From the NCBI GenBank assembly GCA_965203905.1, contig CBDBDQ010000005.1, positions 1,600,001-1,664,000 of the forward strand: 64,000 nt of DNA, in the 5' to 3' direction. Both the position numbers and the translations under genes were made by a program. This document shows, in pieces, positions 9,359-19,494 of the stretch (positions are counted from its first letter, which is position 1; each line of letters opens with the position of its first letter). The DNA comes from Spirochaetia bacterium. Lineage in GTDB: Bacteria > Spirochaetota > Spirochaetia > SZUA-6 > Bin103. The notes under the pieces are model-generated. The model was not told where the DNA came from. It saw only the letters and a program-made list of their open reading frames with translations, and ran no database searches.

Positions 9359-10684
9359 CTACGGGGCCATATCCGGCGCCTCAGTCGCGGTCGCCGGCGC
9401 CAGGGTGGAGGCGTAGCGGCGCACGGCGCGCAGCCGTTCCACCAGGGTCGGATGGGAGTAATGGTAGGCGCTGTACCAGGGATGCGGGTTGGGGTTGCTG
9501 AGGTTGTCGCGGCTGAGGGCGATCAGCGCCCCGGCCAACGCCTCGTCGCCGCCGACCGCCTGCGCGGCGTAGCGGTCGGCCTCGTACTCGTGGCGCCTGG
9601 TCCAGGCGCTCGCCAGCGGCTGCACGATGGCCCCGGCCGGCCCCGCCAGCAGCGACAGGATCACCAGGGCGGCGTGGGAGCTGGGCCGGCCCACGCCCTC
9701 CAGGTGGAAGCCGAAGGCGGCGAACAGCTCCGGCTGGTGCAGCAGCACGCTCAGCAGCCACAGCCCCGCCAGGGTGAACAGCAGGCTCACGACCAGGTGC
9801 TTGACCACGTGGCGGCGCTTCTCGTGGCCGATCTCGTGGGCCAGGACCGCTTCCACCTGCGGCTCGTCGAGCGTGGACAGCAGGGTGTCGAACAGCACGA
9901 TGCGCTTGGCGCCGCCAAACCCGGCGAAGTACGCGTTGCTGTGGCGCGAGCGGCGGCTGCCGTCCATCACCAGCACCGAGCGCACGCGGAACCGCAGGCG
10001 CGCGGCGAGCGCCATCAGGCGCTGCTGCAGGGAGCCGTCGGCGAGCGGCGCGAACTTGTTGAACAGCGGCGCGATCAGCGGTTGGTAGAGGTAGGTGACC
10101 AGAAGCTGGAAGCCGGCGATGAAGCAGAAGGCGTAGATCCACCAGCCGGCGCCGCTCCGGGCCATGAACCAGAACAGCCCCAGCAGCAGGGGCACCCCCA
10201 GCACCAGGCTCAGTAATGCGCCCTTCACCTGGTCCAGCAGGAACGTGCGCCAGGTCATGTTGTTGAAGCCGAAGCGCGCTTCGATCACGAACTGGCCGTA
10301 CAGGCGCAGCCCCAGGGTGAGCAGACTGCTCGCCCATACCAGCAGCACGACGTAGAGGGTGCCTGCCAGCAGCGGCGAGGCGATGCCGCGGGACTGCAGC
10401 CAGTGCAGCAGCCACTGGTCCAGTGCCCCGAGCGCCCCGGTGGCGACCACCACCAGGGCGACCGCGGCGTCCAGCCCGCGGCTGAGCAGGTTGAGGCGGC
10501 TGCGCGCGGCCAGGTAGGCGCGCGAGCGGGTCACGGTGGCCTGGTCCAGGACGCCGTTCAGCTCCGGCGGCGCCTGCGGGTGGCGGGCGCTGTGCCGCAG
10601 GTTGAGCAGCGTGAGGAAGGTCTCCCAGGCCTGGTGCGCCAGGTACCAGACGATCCACACGGCCAGGATGGCGGCGGCAGTCAT
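9359..10684 (-). CDS. M48 family zinc metallopeptidase (Ste24/CAAX prenyl protease 1-like)
   Basis: 'DGSRRSRHSNAYFAGFG', 'AVLAHEIGH', 'EYEADRYA', 'YSHPTLVERL'; ATG at 10684. Confidence 0.92.
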   Translation of the reverse strand: MTAAAILAVWIVWYLAHQAWETFLTLLNLRHSARHPQAPPELNGVLDQATVTRSRAYLAARSRLNLLSRGLDAAVALVVVATGALGALDQWLLHWLQSRGIASPLLAGTLYVVLLVWASSLLTLGLRLYGQFVIEARFGFNNMTWRTFLLDQVKGALLSLVLGVPLLLGLFWFMARSGAGWWIYAFCFIAGFQLLVTYLYQPLIAPLFNKFAPLADGSLQQRLMALAARLRFRVRSVLVMDGSRRSRHSNAYFAGFGGAKRIVLFDTLLSTLDEPQVEAVLAHEIGHEKRRHVVKHLVVSLLFTLAGLWLLSVLLHQPELFAAFGFHLEGVGRPSSHAALVILSLLAGPAGAIVQPLASAWTRRHEYEADRYAAQAVGGDEALAGALIALSRDNLSNPNPHPWYSAYHYSHPTLVERLRAVRRYASTLAPATATEAPDMAP

Positions 10685-10742
10685 CAGAGCGTAAATGTAG
10701 GCGTTCGCCGTCCCGGCGGCCAGCACCGCTGCCGGCGGGTGA

Positions 10743-10868
10743 GTCCTGCCGGTGGTGCCAGTGCAGCACGCCGCCGGGGTAGGGTCGGCCAGGTTCCCGA
10801 AAGCGCGAACGAACCAGCTCCCGTTGTAGAGGGTATGACTCACAACCTCTCCAGGCACCTCCCGGGAC
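10743..10868. ncRNA. Candidate structured non-coding RNA or cis-regulatory leader, family not identified
   Basis: Closing stem GTCC..CCGG-GGTGCC / GGCACC-CCGG-GAC enclosing AGAGG/CCTCT and further internal hairpins, in an intergenic region. Confidence 0.4.
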
Positions 10869-10973
10869 GCCCCAGCCGCCCCCGCCAGCGCCCCCGCCCC
10901 CCTGTACCCCGCCCCGATACGATTATCGCAGCAGCGGCCGCGTGCTATGCTGTGGTCGTCTGGAGGCCCCGTC

Positions 10974-11705
10974 ATGGCAAGCTCCGTACTCGCCCCCGCG
11001 CCGGTTGACTACCCCTCATCCGACGGCAAACCGGTGGCGGAGAGCGATCACCAGTTCATCCCGCTGACCTATGCCGCCAGCCGGCTGCGGCAACACTTCC
11101 GCCACCGCGACGACGTGTACGTGGCCGCCAACCTGCTGATCTACTACGAGAAAGGCACTCGGGCGCGCGTGGCGCCGGACGTGTTTGTGGTGCTGGGCGC
11201 CCCGCGGCGGAAGCGATCGAGCTACCTGCTGTGGGAGGAGCCGAAGGCGCCGGACTTCGTGCTGGAGGTCACTTCGCGCGGCACCCATGGTGAGGACCAG
11301 GGACCCAAGCGGGACCTGTATCGGCGGCTGGGGGTAACCGAGTACTGGCAGTACGACCCGACGGGCGATTACCTGGAGCCGACGTTGCAGGGACTGGAAC
11401 TGGTGGCGGGGGAGTACGTGAGGCTGGGGCAGCGCGTGCTGGCGGACGGCACGCTGGTGCTGACGAGCGCGGTGCTGAAGCTGGAACTGCGGCTGACCGA
11501 GCGGGGCTTTCGCTTCCACGACCCGGTGACCGGACGCGACCTGCCGGACCTTGGGGAGACCGATGCGGCGTGGCAGCGGGAGCGGCAGGCGCGCGAGCGT
11601 GCCGAGCAACGGTGGCAGCGGGCCGAGCAGGCACGGCAGGAGGCGGAGGCGCGAATCGCCGAACTCGAAGCCAGGCTGCGCGGCCGCCGCAACTCCGAAC
11701 GGTAG
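10974..11705 (+). CDS. Uma2 family (PD-(D/E)xK) endonuclease with coiled-coil tail
   Basis: 'YPSSDGKPVAES', 'VAPDVFVV', 'PDFVLEVTS', 'GVTEYWQYDP'; GGAGG RBS upstream. Confidence 0.9.
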   Translation: MASSVLAPAPVDYPSSDGKPVAESDHQFIPLTYAASRLRQHFRHRDDVYVAANLLIYYEKGTRARVAPDVFVVLGAPRRKRSSYLLWEEPKAPDFVLEVTSRGTHGEDQGPKRDLYRRLGVTEYWQYDPTGDYLEPTLQGLELVAGEYVRLGQRVLADGTLVLTSAVLKLELRLTERGFRFHDPVTGRDLPDLGETDAAWQRERQARERAEQRWQRAEQARQEAEARIAELEARLRGRRNSER

Positions 11706-11716
11706 GCTGGCTGCGG

Positions 11717-12730
11717 GTGCGGGACCGTGCTGCCCCGGAACCGTTTCTGAATGCCCTCGGCCCCGGGAACGCGCTGCGCGCGAGCGGGCCGGCGGGCGTC
11801 CCGGAAACCGCGGCCGCCGACCCCCGGCTGGATCCCTACTCCCAGGCCGTGATCGAGGCGGTGGACGCGGTCTCGCCGGCGGTGGTGAATCTGGATACGG
11901 CCGATGGCGCGGCCTCCGGATTCATCTTCACTCCCGACGGCTTCATCCTCACCAACAGCCACGTGGTGGCCGCGACCGAGCAGCTCACCGCAACCCTGGC
12001 CGATGGCCGCCAGTTCGAGGCGCGCCTGGTGGGCGCCGACCCGGAGACCGATCTCGCGGTGGTGCGGATCTGGGGCGACGACCTGGTGGCGGCACCCCTC
12101 GGCGATTCCGCAACCATCCGCGTGGGACAACTCGTGGTGGCCATCGGCAACCCCTACGGCTTCCAGTACACGGTGACGGCGGGCGTGGTGAGCGCGCTCG
12201 GCCGTACCCTGCAGTCGGACGCGGGACGCCAGGTCAACGACGTGATCCAGACCGACGCGCCCCTCAACCCGGGCAACTCGGGCGGGCCGCTGGTGACCTC
12301 CTACGGCGAGGTGGTGGGCGTGAACACGGCGGCAATCGTGCCGGCGCAGGGCATCTGCTTCGCCACCGCCATCAACACCGCCAAGTACGTGAGCGTGCTG
12401 CTGATGCGCGAGGGGCGGGTACGCCGGAGCTACATCGGCATCGGCGGCCATACGGTGGCCATCTCGCGGCGCGTCGTGCGCCAGCTCAGTTTGCCGGTGG
12501 AAGGCGGCGTGATGGTGGAGTCGGTGGAGGGGCGCGGCCCCGCCGGCCGCGCCGGGGTGCAGCGCGGCGACGTGATCGTGGCCTTCGCCGGCCGGCCCAC
12601 GGCCGCCATCGATCAACTCGACAAGCTGCTGGACCACCGGGCGGTGGGGCGCACCACGCAGATTACCGTGCTGCGCCGCGCCCACAAGCTGGAACTGATG
12701 ATCACGCCGCGCGAATACGACGCCGGCTGA
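11717..12730 (+). CDS. HtrA/DegP-like trypsin serine protease with PDZ domain
   Basis: 'LTNSHVV', 'DLAV', 'QTDAPLNPGNSGGPL', C-terminal PDZ; start uncertain. Confidence 0.9.
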   Translation: MRDRAAPEPFLNALGPGNALRASGPAGVPETAAADPRLDPYSQAVIEAVDAVSPAVVNLDTADGAASGFIFTPDGFILTNSHVVAATEQLTATLADGRQFEARLVGADPETDLAVVRIWGDDLVAAPLGDSATIRVGQLVVAIGNPYGFQYTVTAGVVSALGRTLQSDAGRQVNDVIQTDAPLNPGNSGGPLVTSYGEVVGVNTAAIVPAQGICFATAINTAKYVSVLLMREGRVRRSYIGIGGHTVAISRRVVRQLSLPVEGGVMVESVEGRGPAGRAGVQRGDVIVAFAGRPTAAIDQLDKLLDHRAVGRTTQITVLRRAHKLELMITPREYDAG

Positions 12731-12765
12731 CAGCACCTGCCGCAGCCCAGCATAATGGGCGCACC

Positions 12766-13056
12766 ATGGCAGACATCATCCCCCTGGAACAGGAACACCT
12801 TCCCGCCGACTGCTACGTCTACAAGCACTCCACGGCGTGCCACATCTGCGCCGGCACCGCGCAGGTGGTCCGTTCCTATCGCTTCGATCGTCCGGTGTAC
12901 TGGGTCAACGTCATCGAGCAACGGCCCCTGTCCAACTGGATTGCGGACGCCTACGGCGTGCGCCACCAGTCACCGCAGCTCCTGAAGATCGGCGGCGGCC
13001 GGGTCGAGGCGCACTGGAGCCACTACGACATCTCTCCCGCCAACCTCAGCGCGTAG
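12766..13056 (+). CDS. YtxJ/BrxC-like (DUF2847) thioredoxin-fold protein
   Basis: 'YKHSTACHIC', 'RPLSNWIA', 'GVRHQSPQLL', 'WSHYDI'. Confidence 0.8.
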   Translation: MADIIPLEQEHLPADCYVYKHSTACHICAGTAQVVRSYRFDRPVYWVNVIEQRPLSNWIADAYGVRHQSPQLLKIGGGRVEAHWSHYDISPANLSA

Positions 13057-13089
13057 TAGCTGCCAGCAGACCGTCGCCACCGGCGCGGC

Positions 13090-14076
13090 TCACCAGGCGT
13101 AGGCCTGCGGCGCGCTCCCGCCGGGGCCGGGGAACAGCTCGTCCAGCCGCGCCAGGGAGGCGTGGTCCAGGCACAGCTCCGCCGCCGGCAGCACCTGCCG
13201 CAGCTGCTCCGGCGTGCGCGGGCCGACGATCGCCGCGGTCAGCGCCGGCTGCGCCAGAATCCACGCCGTGGCCACGTTGGCCTCCGCCTCCCGGCGCTCC
13301 CGGCAGAGCCGGGCGAACTGCTCCAGCCGGCGCATCGTGGCAGCGTCGGGCGGCCGCTGCCGCGCCTGGCGCGCGCGCCGTGACGGCGCGCCGCCGCGGG
13401 GCCCGGCGCCCCCCAGCAGGCCGTTGGCCAGTGGGCTGTACGCCAGCACGCCGATCCCGAGGTGGCGCGCGGCGGGGAGCACCTCCAGCTCCGGCAGGCG
13501 GCACAGCAGGTTGTACTTGTGCTGCTCGCTGGCCAGCCCGAAGCAGTGCCGCGCCCGCGCCGCCGCCTGCGCCAGGGCCAGGTCCCAACCGGCGAAGTTG
13601 CTGGCGCCGACGTAGCCCACCTTGCCCTGCTGCACCAGCAGGTCGAATGCCTCCCACAGCTCTTCCCAGTCGGCGCGCCGGTCCACGTGGTGCATCTGGT
13701 AGAGGTCGACGTGGTCGGTGCGCAGGCGCCGCAGGGAGTCTTCCAGGTGGCGGCGGATCTTGTACTTGGAGAGTCCGGCGGCGTCGTTGGGATCGGCCGG
13801 GTTGCCCATCGGCTGATACACCTTGGTGGCCAGCACCACCTGCGCGCGGCGTCCGGGGCGCTGCGCGAACCAGCGTCCGATGATTTCCTCGGTACGACCG
13901 CACTGGACGAAGTCGGGGTAGTGGTTGGCGGTGTCGAGGAAGTTGATGCCGGCGTCCAGGGCGGCGTCCAGGATGCGCTGCGCGGCGGGCTCGTCGGTGA
14001 CGGTGCCGAAGTTGAAGGTGCCCAGACACAGCCGGCTGACGCGCACTCCGGCCCGTCCCAGGTGGCAGTACTGCAT
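13090..14076 (-). CDS. Aldo/keto reductase
   Basis: 'LGRAGVRVSRLCLGT', 'GINFLDTANHY', 'SLRRLRTDHVDLYQMH', 'YSPLANG'. Confidence 0.92.
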   Translation of the reverse strand: MQYCHLGRAGVRVSRLCLGTFNFGTVTDEPAAQRILDAALDAGINFLDTANHYPDFVQCGRTEEIIGRWFAQRPGRRAQVVLATKVYQPMGNPADPNDAAGLSKYKIRRHLEDSLRRLRTDHVDLYQMHHVDRRADWEELWEAFDLLVQQGKVGYVGASNFAGWDLALAQAAARARHCFGLASEQHKYNLLCRLPELEVLPAARHLGIGVLAYSPLANGLLGGAGPRGGAPSRRARQARQRPPDAATMRRLEQFARLCRERREAEANVATAWILAQPALTAAIVGPRTPEQLRQVLPAAELCLDHASLARLDELFPGPGGSAPQAYAW

Positions 14077-14090
14077 CGTTACTGCATCGT

Positions 14091-15092
14091 TCAGCCGCGC
14101 CAGTCGAGGGAGATGCCGACGTACTCCTCCGGGGCCTCGTAGATCAGGTCGTAGGCGCGCTGCACCTCGGCGACGGGAAACGCGTGCGTGTGCAGGGGGT
14201 CGACGGTCAGCGCCCCGCTTTCCAGCAGACGCCAGGAGGCCAGCACGTGATCGCCCTTCAGGGTCCAGGGAAAGCAGGCCCGGAACACCGTGCCGTGGAA
14301 CCGCTCCAGGTTGAAGCCGGCGCCCTTGTACCAGGCCAGGAACAGCACCGTGCCCTCGCGCCGCAGCGCCCCCACCGCGTCCTCCACCACCCGGTAGCTG
14401 CCGGTGGCGTCGGCCACGATGTCGGCGCCGTCCGGCCACAGGGCGCGGGCGGCCTGCACCACGTTCTCGCGACCGGCGTCGATGGCGTGGTCGATGCCGC
14501 AGCGCAGGGCCAGATCCAGCCGCAGCCGATGCTGGTCGGCCACCGCCACTTCCGCGCCGCGCAGCTTCAGGTGCTGGGCGGCGAGCTGGCCGATCATGCC
14601 CTGGCCGACCACCAGCGCGCGGTCGCCCACCCGCGGCGCCGCCAGCGTCACCCCCAGCGAGGAGATGGAGGAGATGCCGCCGAACGCGGCGCGCTCGCTC
14701 GACAGGCCCTCGGGAACGGTGACGCAGTAGGTGTTGCTGGCCAGCAGGTCGCGCTGCGCGGGATCCACGTCGATGATGGCCGGGCTCTGATGGCCGCCGC
14801 AGTTCTGCACCGCCGCGTGGGGCGCCCGCGGCTGGAAGTAGGAGATGCGGTCGCCGGGAGCGAAGCGGGCGGCGGCGCGGGCGCCGACCTCCACCACCCG
14901 GCCGATGGGAGCGTAGCCGGGGATGTAGGGTCGCGGGTAGGCGGCGGTGGCGAGCACGTGCGACTCGGTGCCGACGCTGATGGCGGAGCGTTCCAGCTTC
15001 ACCGCCACGTCCCACTCGCCCACGGTGCCGATCGCCACCTCTTGCAGCTCCACGCGCCGGACGCCCGTGGAAACCACCGCGCGTGCTACCAT
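14091..15092 (-). CDS. Zinc-binding (MDR family) alcohol dehydrogenase-like protein
   Basis: 'SAISVGTE', 'PGYAPIGRVVEVG', Rossmann motif 'VVGQGMIGQ'. Confidence 0.85.
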   Translation of the reverse strand: MVARAVVSTGVRRVELQEVAIGTVGEWDVAVKLERSAISVGTESHVLATAAYPRPYIPGYAPIGRVVEVGARAAARFAPGDRISYFQPRAPHAAVQNCGGHQSPAIIDVDPAQRDLLASNTYCVTVPEGLSSERAAFGGISSISSLGVTLAAPRVGDRALVVGQGMIGQLAAQHLKLRGAEVAVADQHRLRLDLALRCGIDHAIDAGRENVVQAARALWPDGADIVADATGSYRVVEDAVGALRREGTVLFLAWYKGAGFNLERFHGTVFRACFPWTLKGDHVLASWRLLESGALTVDPLHTHAFPVAEVQRAYDLIYEAPEEYVGISLDWRG

Positions 15093-15103
15093 GGCCTTCG
15101 CCT

Positions 15104-17182
15104 TCAGGGGGCGCCGTTGGCCTGCAGCGCGGCGACGATGCGGTCCACGTCGTAGACCGCGCCGCGCCAGGTGCCGCCGCTGGCGGCCTGCAGGGCGGCC
15201 CACAGCCGGGTGTCGTCCGGCAGCTCGGGGTTGGGCGCCAGGTCGGGATGCGCCGGCCGGCGCTGCAGCAGCGCCGCGGCCGCCTCCTCGGTGAGCGGGC
15301 CGTCCGCGGTACCCACCAGGGAGACGCGGCCCTCGAGCCGGTTGCGGTCGACCTGGATCTCGATCAGGTCGCCGTCGCGCAGCCTGCCGATGGGGCCGCC
15401 GGCGAGCGCCTCCGGCCCGATGTGGCCGATGCAGGCGCCGGTGGAGACCCCGGAGAAGCGCGCGTCGGTGAGCACCGACACGGTCTTGCCCCAGGGCAGG
15501 AACTTGAGCGCCGAGGTGATCTGGTAGATCTCCTCCATGCCGGTGCCGGCGGGGCCGATGCCCATCACCACCACGATGTCGTGGGCCTGGACCGGCTTCA
15601 CCCCGGGGGCGGCCTTGATGGCGGCGACGGCGGCGGCCTCGCTGGTGAACACCCGCGCACTGCCGCGGTGGCGGTAGCAGCCGGCGGCGTCCACCACGCT
15701 GGGGTCGATGGCGGTGGCCTTGATCACCGACCCCTCGGGCGCCAGGTTGCCCACCGGAAACACCACCGTGCTGGTGAGCCCGCGCGCGCGGGCGGTGTCG
15801 GGATCCATGATTACGTCATCGGGCGCCACTCCGTCGGCGGCGCAGGCCGCGCGCACCTGGGCGCGGCGCGGGCTCTGCTCCCAGGCGTCGAGCACCTGGT
15901 CCACGGTGAGCCCGCTGACGGTGCGGGCGGCGGGGTGCAGCAGCCCGGCGCGGCGCAGGTGCAGCATCACCTCGGGCACCGCGCCAGCGGCGAACACGTG
16001 GATGGTGGGGTAGCCGACCGGGCCGTTGGGCAGGGCGTCCACCAGGCGCGGGGTGCTGCGGTTGACCCGCGCCCAGTCCTCCACGGTGGGGATGCGCAGG
16101 CCGGCGGCGTGGGCCACGGCCGGCAGGTGCAGCAGCAGGTTGGTGGAGCCGCCGAAGGCGGCGTGCACCACCATGGCGTTGTCCAGGGCGTCCTGGTTGA
16201 GCAGGTCGCCGGTGCGCACGCCCGCCACCGCCAGGCTCACCAGGGCCGCCGCGGAGCGCCGCGCCATGTCCACCCACACCGGCTCGCCGGAGGGCGCCAG
16301 CGCCGCGTGCGGGACGGTCAGGCCGAGGCCCTCGGCGACCACCTGCGCGGTAGCCGCGGTGCCCAGGAACTGGCAGCCGCCGCCGGCGCTGCCGCAGGCG
16401 CGGCAGCCCATGGTCTGGGCGTGCTCCAGGCTGATCAGGCCGTGGGCGAAGCGGGCGCCGATGGTCTGCACCAGTCCCGTGTCCTCGGAATCGGGCGCCG
16501 GCAGGGTCACGCCGCCGGGGACGATCACCCCCGGCTCGGCGCCCAGGCCGGCCACCGCCAGCAGCATCGCCGGCAGCCCCTTGTCGCAGGTGGCGACGCC
16601 CAGCACCCCGCTGCGCGTGGGCAACGAGCGCGCCAGGCGGCGCAGCACGATGGCGGCGTCGTTGCGGTAGGGGAGGCTGTCCAGCATGCCGGGGGTGCCC
16701 TGGGAACGGCCGTCGCAGGGGTCGGTGCAGAAGGCCGCGAACGGGATGCAGCCGGAGTCGCGCAGGGTGTCGGCGGCGGCCTGCACCAGCAGTCCCACCT
16801 CCCAGTGGCCGGTGTGCAATCCGAGGGCGATCGGCGACCCGTCCGGCGCCCGCACCCCGCCCTGGGTGCTGAGGATCATGAACGCCGGCTGGGTGGTTTC
16901 TTCGGGGCGCCAGCCCATGGCCACGTTGTGGGTCAATCCAAACAGATTGCCGCTCGGTTCCTCGCGCAGCATCTCGGCGGTGATGGGCAGGGCGCCGTCC
17001 GGGGCGCTGCCCATGGTGCGCAAGGGGGCGTCGGCCGTGGCAGCATCGCGGTCGCCGCCGGCGGTCAGACCGTGAAAGCCAAGTATCTCGTCTCGGTCCG
17101 CCACCCGCAGCGGCGGCTCGCGGTTCGGACCGCGCCGGTCGCGGCGGGGTGGCGTCTCGTGGGTCGGACCGGGAGTGCTCAT
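15104..17182 (-). CDS. YjhG/YagF-type D-xylonate dehydratase (IlvD/Edd family)
   Basis: '[15 protein letters not shown]', '[12 protein letters not shown]', 'DPCDGRSQG', 'TCDKGLPA', '[11 protein letters not shown]', '[12 protein letters not shown]'. Confidence 0.9.
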   Translation of the reverse strand: MSTPGPTHETPPRRDRRGPNREPPLRVADRDEILGFHGLTAGGDRDAATADAPLRTMGSAPDGALPITAEMLREEPSGNLFGLTHNVAMGWRPEETTQPAFMILSTQGGVRAPDGSPIALGLHTGHWEVGLLVQAAADTLRDSGCIPFAAFCTDPCDGRSQGTPGMLDSLPYRNDAAIVLRRLARSLPTRSGVLGVATCDKGLPAMLLAVAGLGAEPGVIVPGGVTLPAPDSEDTGLVQTIGARFAHGLISLEHAQTMGCRACGSAGGGCQFLGTAATAQVVAEGLGLTVPHAALAPSGEPVWVDMARRSAAALVSLAVAGVRTGDLLNQDALDNAMVVHAAFGGSTNLLLHLPAVAHAAGLRIPTVEDWARVNRSTPRLVDALPNGPVGYPTIHVFAAGAVPEVMLHLRRAGLLHPAARTVSGLTVDQVLDAWEQSPRRAQVRAACAADGVAPDDVIMDPDTARARGLTSTVVFPVGNLAPEGSVIKATAIDPSVVDAAGCYRHRGSARVFTSEAAAVAAIKAAPGVKPVQAHDIVVVMGIGPAGTGMEEIYQITSALKFLPWGKTVSVLTDARFSGVSTGACIGHIGPEALAGGPIGRLRDGDLIEIQVDRNRLEGRVSLVGTADGPLTEEAAAALLQRRPAHPDLAPNPELPDDTRLWAALQAASGGTWRGAVYDVDRIVAALQANGAP

Positions 17183-17201
17183 CGTTGACCGCGCACCGGC
17201 C

Positions 17202-18053
<852 letters not shown>

Positions 18054-18077
18054 TGTAGCAACCCCTCGAAACCGCCG

Positions 18078-18290
18078 TCAACGAACACGGATTCGCGGGT
18101 CAGCGGCAGCATCGAGGGGTCTGTCGCGAACCACTACGTCAACGTCGCACTCCAGGACATGAAGGAGGTGCAGGACCTGGTCAACCGATTTGCGGTAGTT
18201 GGTCTGATCCAGGAGCCGATAGAGTTGCGTGGCGGACGTGCCGAGACGGCGGATGATCTCGCGCTTGGAGAGTGCCGTAGCCTTTGTCAC
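18078..18290 (-). pseudogene. C-terminal fragment of an HTH antitoxin-like protein
   Basis: 'LSKREIIRRLGTSATQLYRLLDQTNYRKS' HTH; N-terminal part apparently missing. Confidence 0.5.
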
Positions 18291-18393
18291 AGGAGGCGCC
18301 GGTCGTGCGGGTCGACGCGGGCTCTTGCCGGCAGGCCGACTGTGCCCTGAATCGTGTCACGCGGCGGTCGCATGGCGTACTATTGGCACCGAG

Positions 18394-19293
18394 GTGAAAC
18401 GACTGTTTCCTATAGTGGCGGCGGCCGCGGTCCTGGCGGCCGGCGCCGGCGCCTTCCTGGCGGTGCGCGCTCCGAGTCCGGAGCAAGTGGTGACGCGGCT
18501 GCTGCGCGCCCGCTACGTCAACGACGCGCGGGCGGTGTACGAGCTGGCGTCGGCCGCGGACCGGCGCGCGCGCACCCTGGAGCAGCACTTGGCGAGCCAT
18601 CCCCAGTTTACCGACGACTTCCAGGAGTTGATCGTCGAGCTGGCGCGCTTCATCGCGATCGACGCTTTCGACAGCGACTTGCACGCCGCGGGCGGGACGG
18701 TCACCGCGCACGGCTCGGTGCCGAACGCCAACCATCCCGAAGTCGACCACCTGCTGTATGGCACGGGCGACGCGGCCACACTGTCGTTGCGTGCCCGGCG
18801 CGCCGAGTTGCGCCGCCGCGGCCGCGCCGGGAACCTGCCGTTGATCGAGTTCGCGGAGCAGGTGGAGCTGGTACGGGAGGAGGAGCGCTGGACCGTCTAT
18901 CTCGACTGGGCCGTCGGCTACACCATCTACTTCCGCGCCGAAGTGCGCGAGCAGCTTCCCTTCGAGTTCAGCGTGGAGCCGGAGAGCATCACCCTCAAGC
19001 CCGGGGAGACCGGCTCCGCCGTGTTCCGCGCGCGCAACGTCTCCGCCGCCACCATCAAGGCCAAGGCAGGACATCTGTTCGATCCTCCGGTAGCGTTCCT
19101 GCACACCGAGCTGGTGCAGTGCTTCTGCTTCTTCGAGGACACCTACGCCCCCGGCGAGGAGCGGCAGCTCCCGGTGGCGATACGCCTCGACTGGGAGGTG
19201 CCCACCGACATCGGCGAGATCACCATGCTCTACGAGTACTACCCCCTGGACCAGTTCCAGGACCGGCGCCCGGCTCCGGCCCACGACCGCTGA
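18394..19293 (+). CDS. Membrane-anchored protein with C-terminal CtaG/Cox11 copper-chaperone domain
   Basis: N-terminal TM segment; C-terminal 'LKPGET..AVFRARNVS', 'VQCFCFFE', 'PGEERQLPV', 'ITMLYEY'. Confidence 0.75.
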   Translation: MKRLFPIVAAAAVLAAGAGAFLAVRAPSPEQVVTRLLRARYVNDARAVYELASAADRRARTLEQHLASHPQFTDDFQELIVELARFIAIDAFDSDLHAAGGTVTAHGSVPNANHPEVDHLLYGTGDAATLSLRARRAELRRRGRAGNLPLIEFAEQVELVREEERWTVYLDWAVGYTIYFRAEVREQLPFEFSVEPESITLKPGETGSAVFRARNVSAATIKAKAGHLFDPPVAFLHTELVQCFCFFEDTYAPGEERQLPVAIRLDWEVPTDIGEITMLYEYYPLDQFQDRRPAPAHDR

Positions 19294-19494
19294 CGCCCGC
19301 CGGCGGAGGGCTGCCGCGTGGCAGCGCGTGGCAGGGGCCACCGAAGGCGCCTGGGAGCCCGGCCCTGAGCGTCTGCGGCCCGACTGGCGGAAGCCGGTGT
19401 AGTTGAGGTCACCCCGCAGGTGACCCGAGAGGGGAGACCGGAGCGGCAGTTACCGGACGTCCCGTGACCCCTAAGGTATGATGTCCAGCCGTAC

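Noticed and set aside
15083-17188. 701-aa plus-strand ORF and similar long antisense ORFs (24307-26130, 51090-52988, 56127-57956, 62067-63959)
   Set aside because: Each overlaps a recognisable gene in another frame or strand; scarcity of stop codons in GC-rich DNA explains them
18229-18393. N-terminal extension of the Cox11 ORF containing 'VAFVTGGAGR' (SDR-like)
   Set aside because: Too short to call; it overlaps the HTH remnant on the other strand, and the GTG at 18394 followed by a TM segment is a better start
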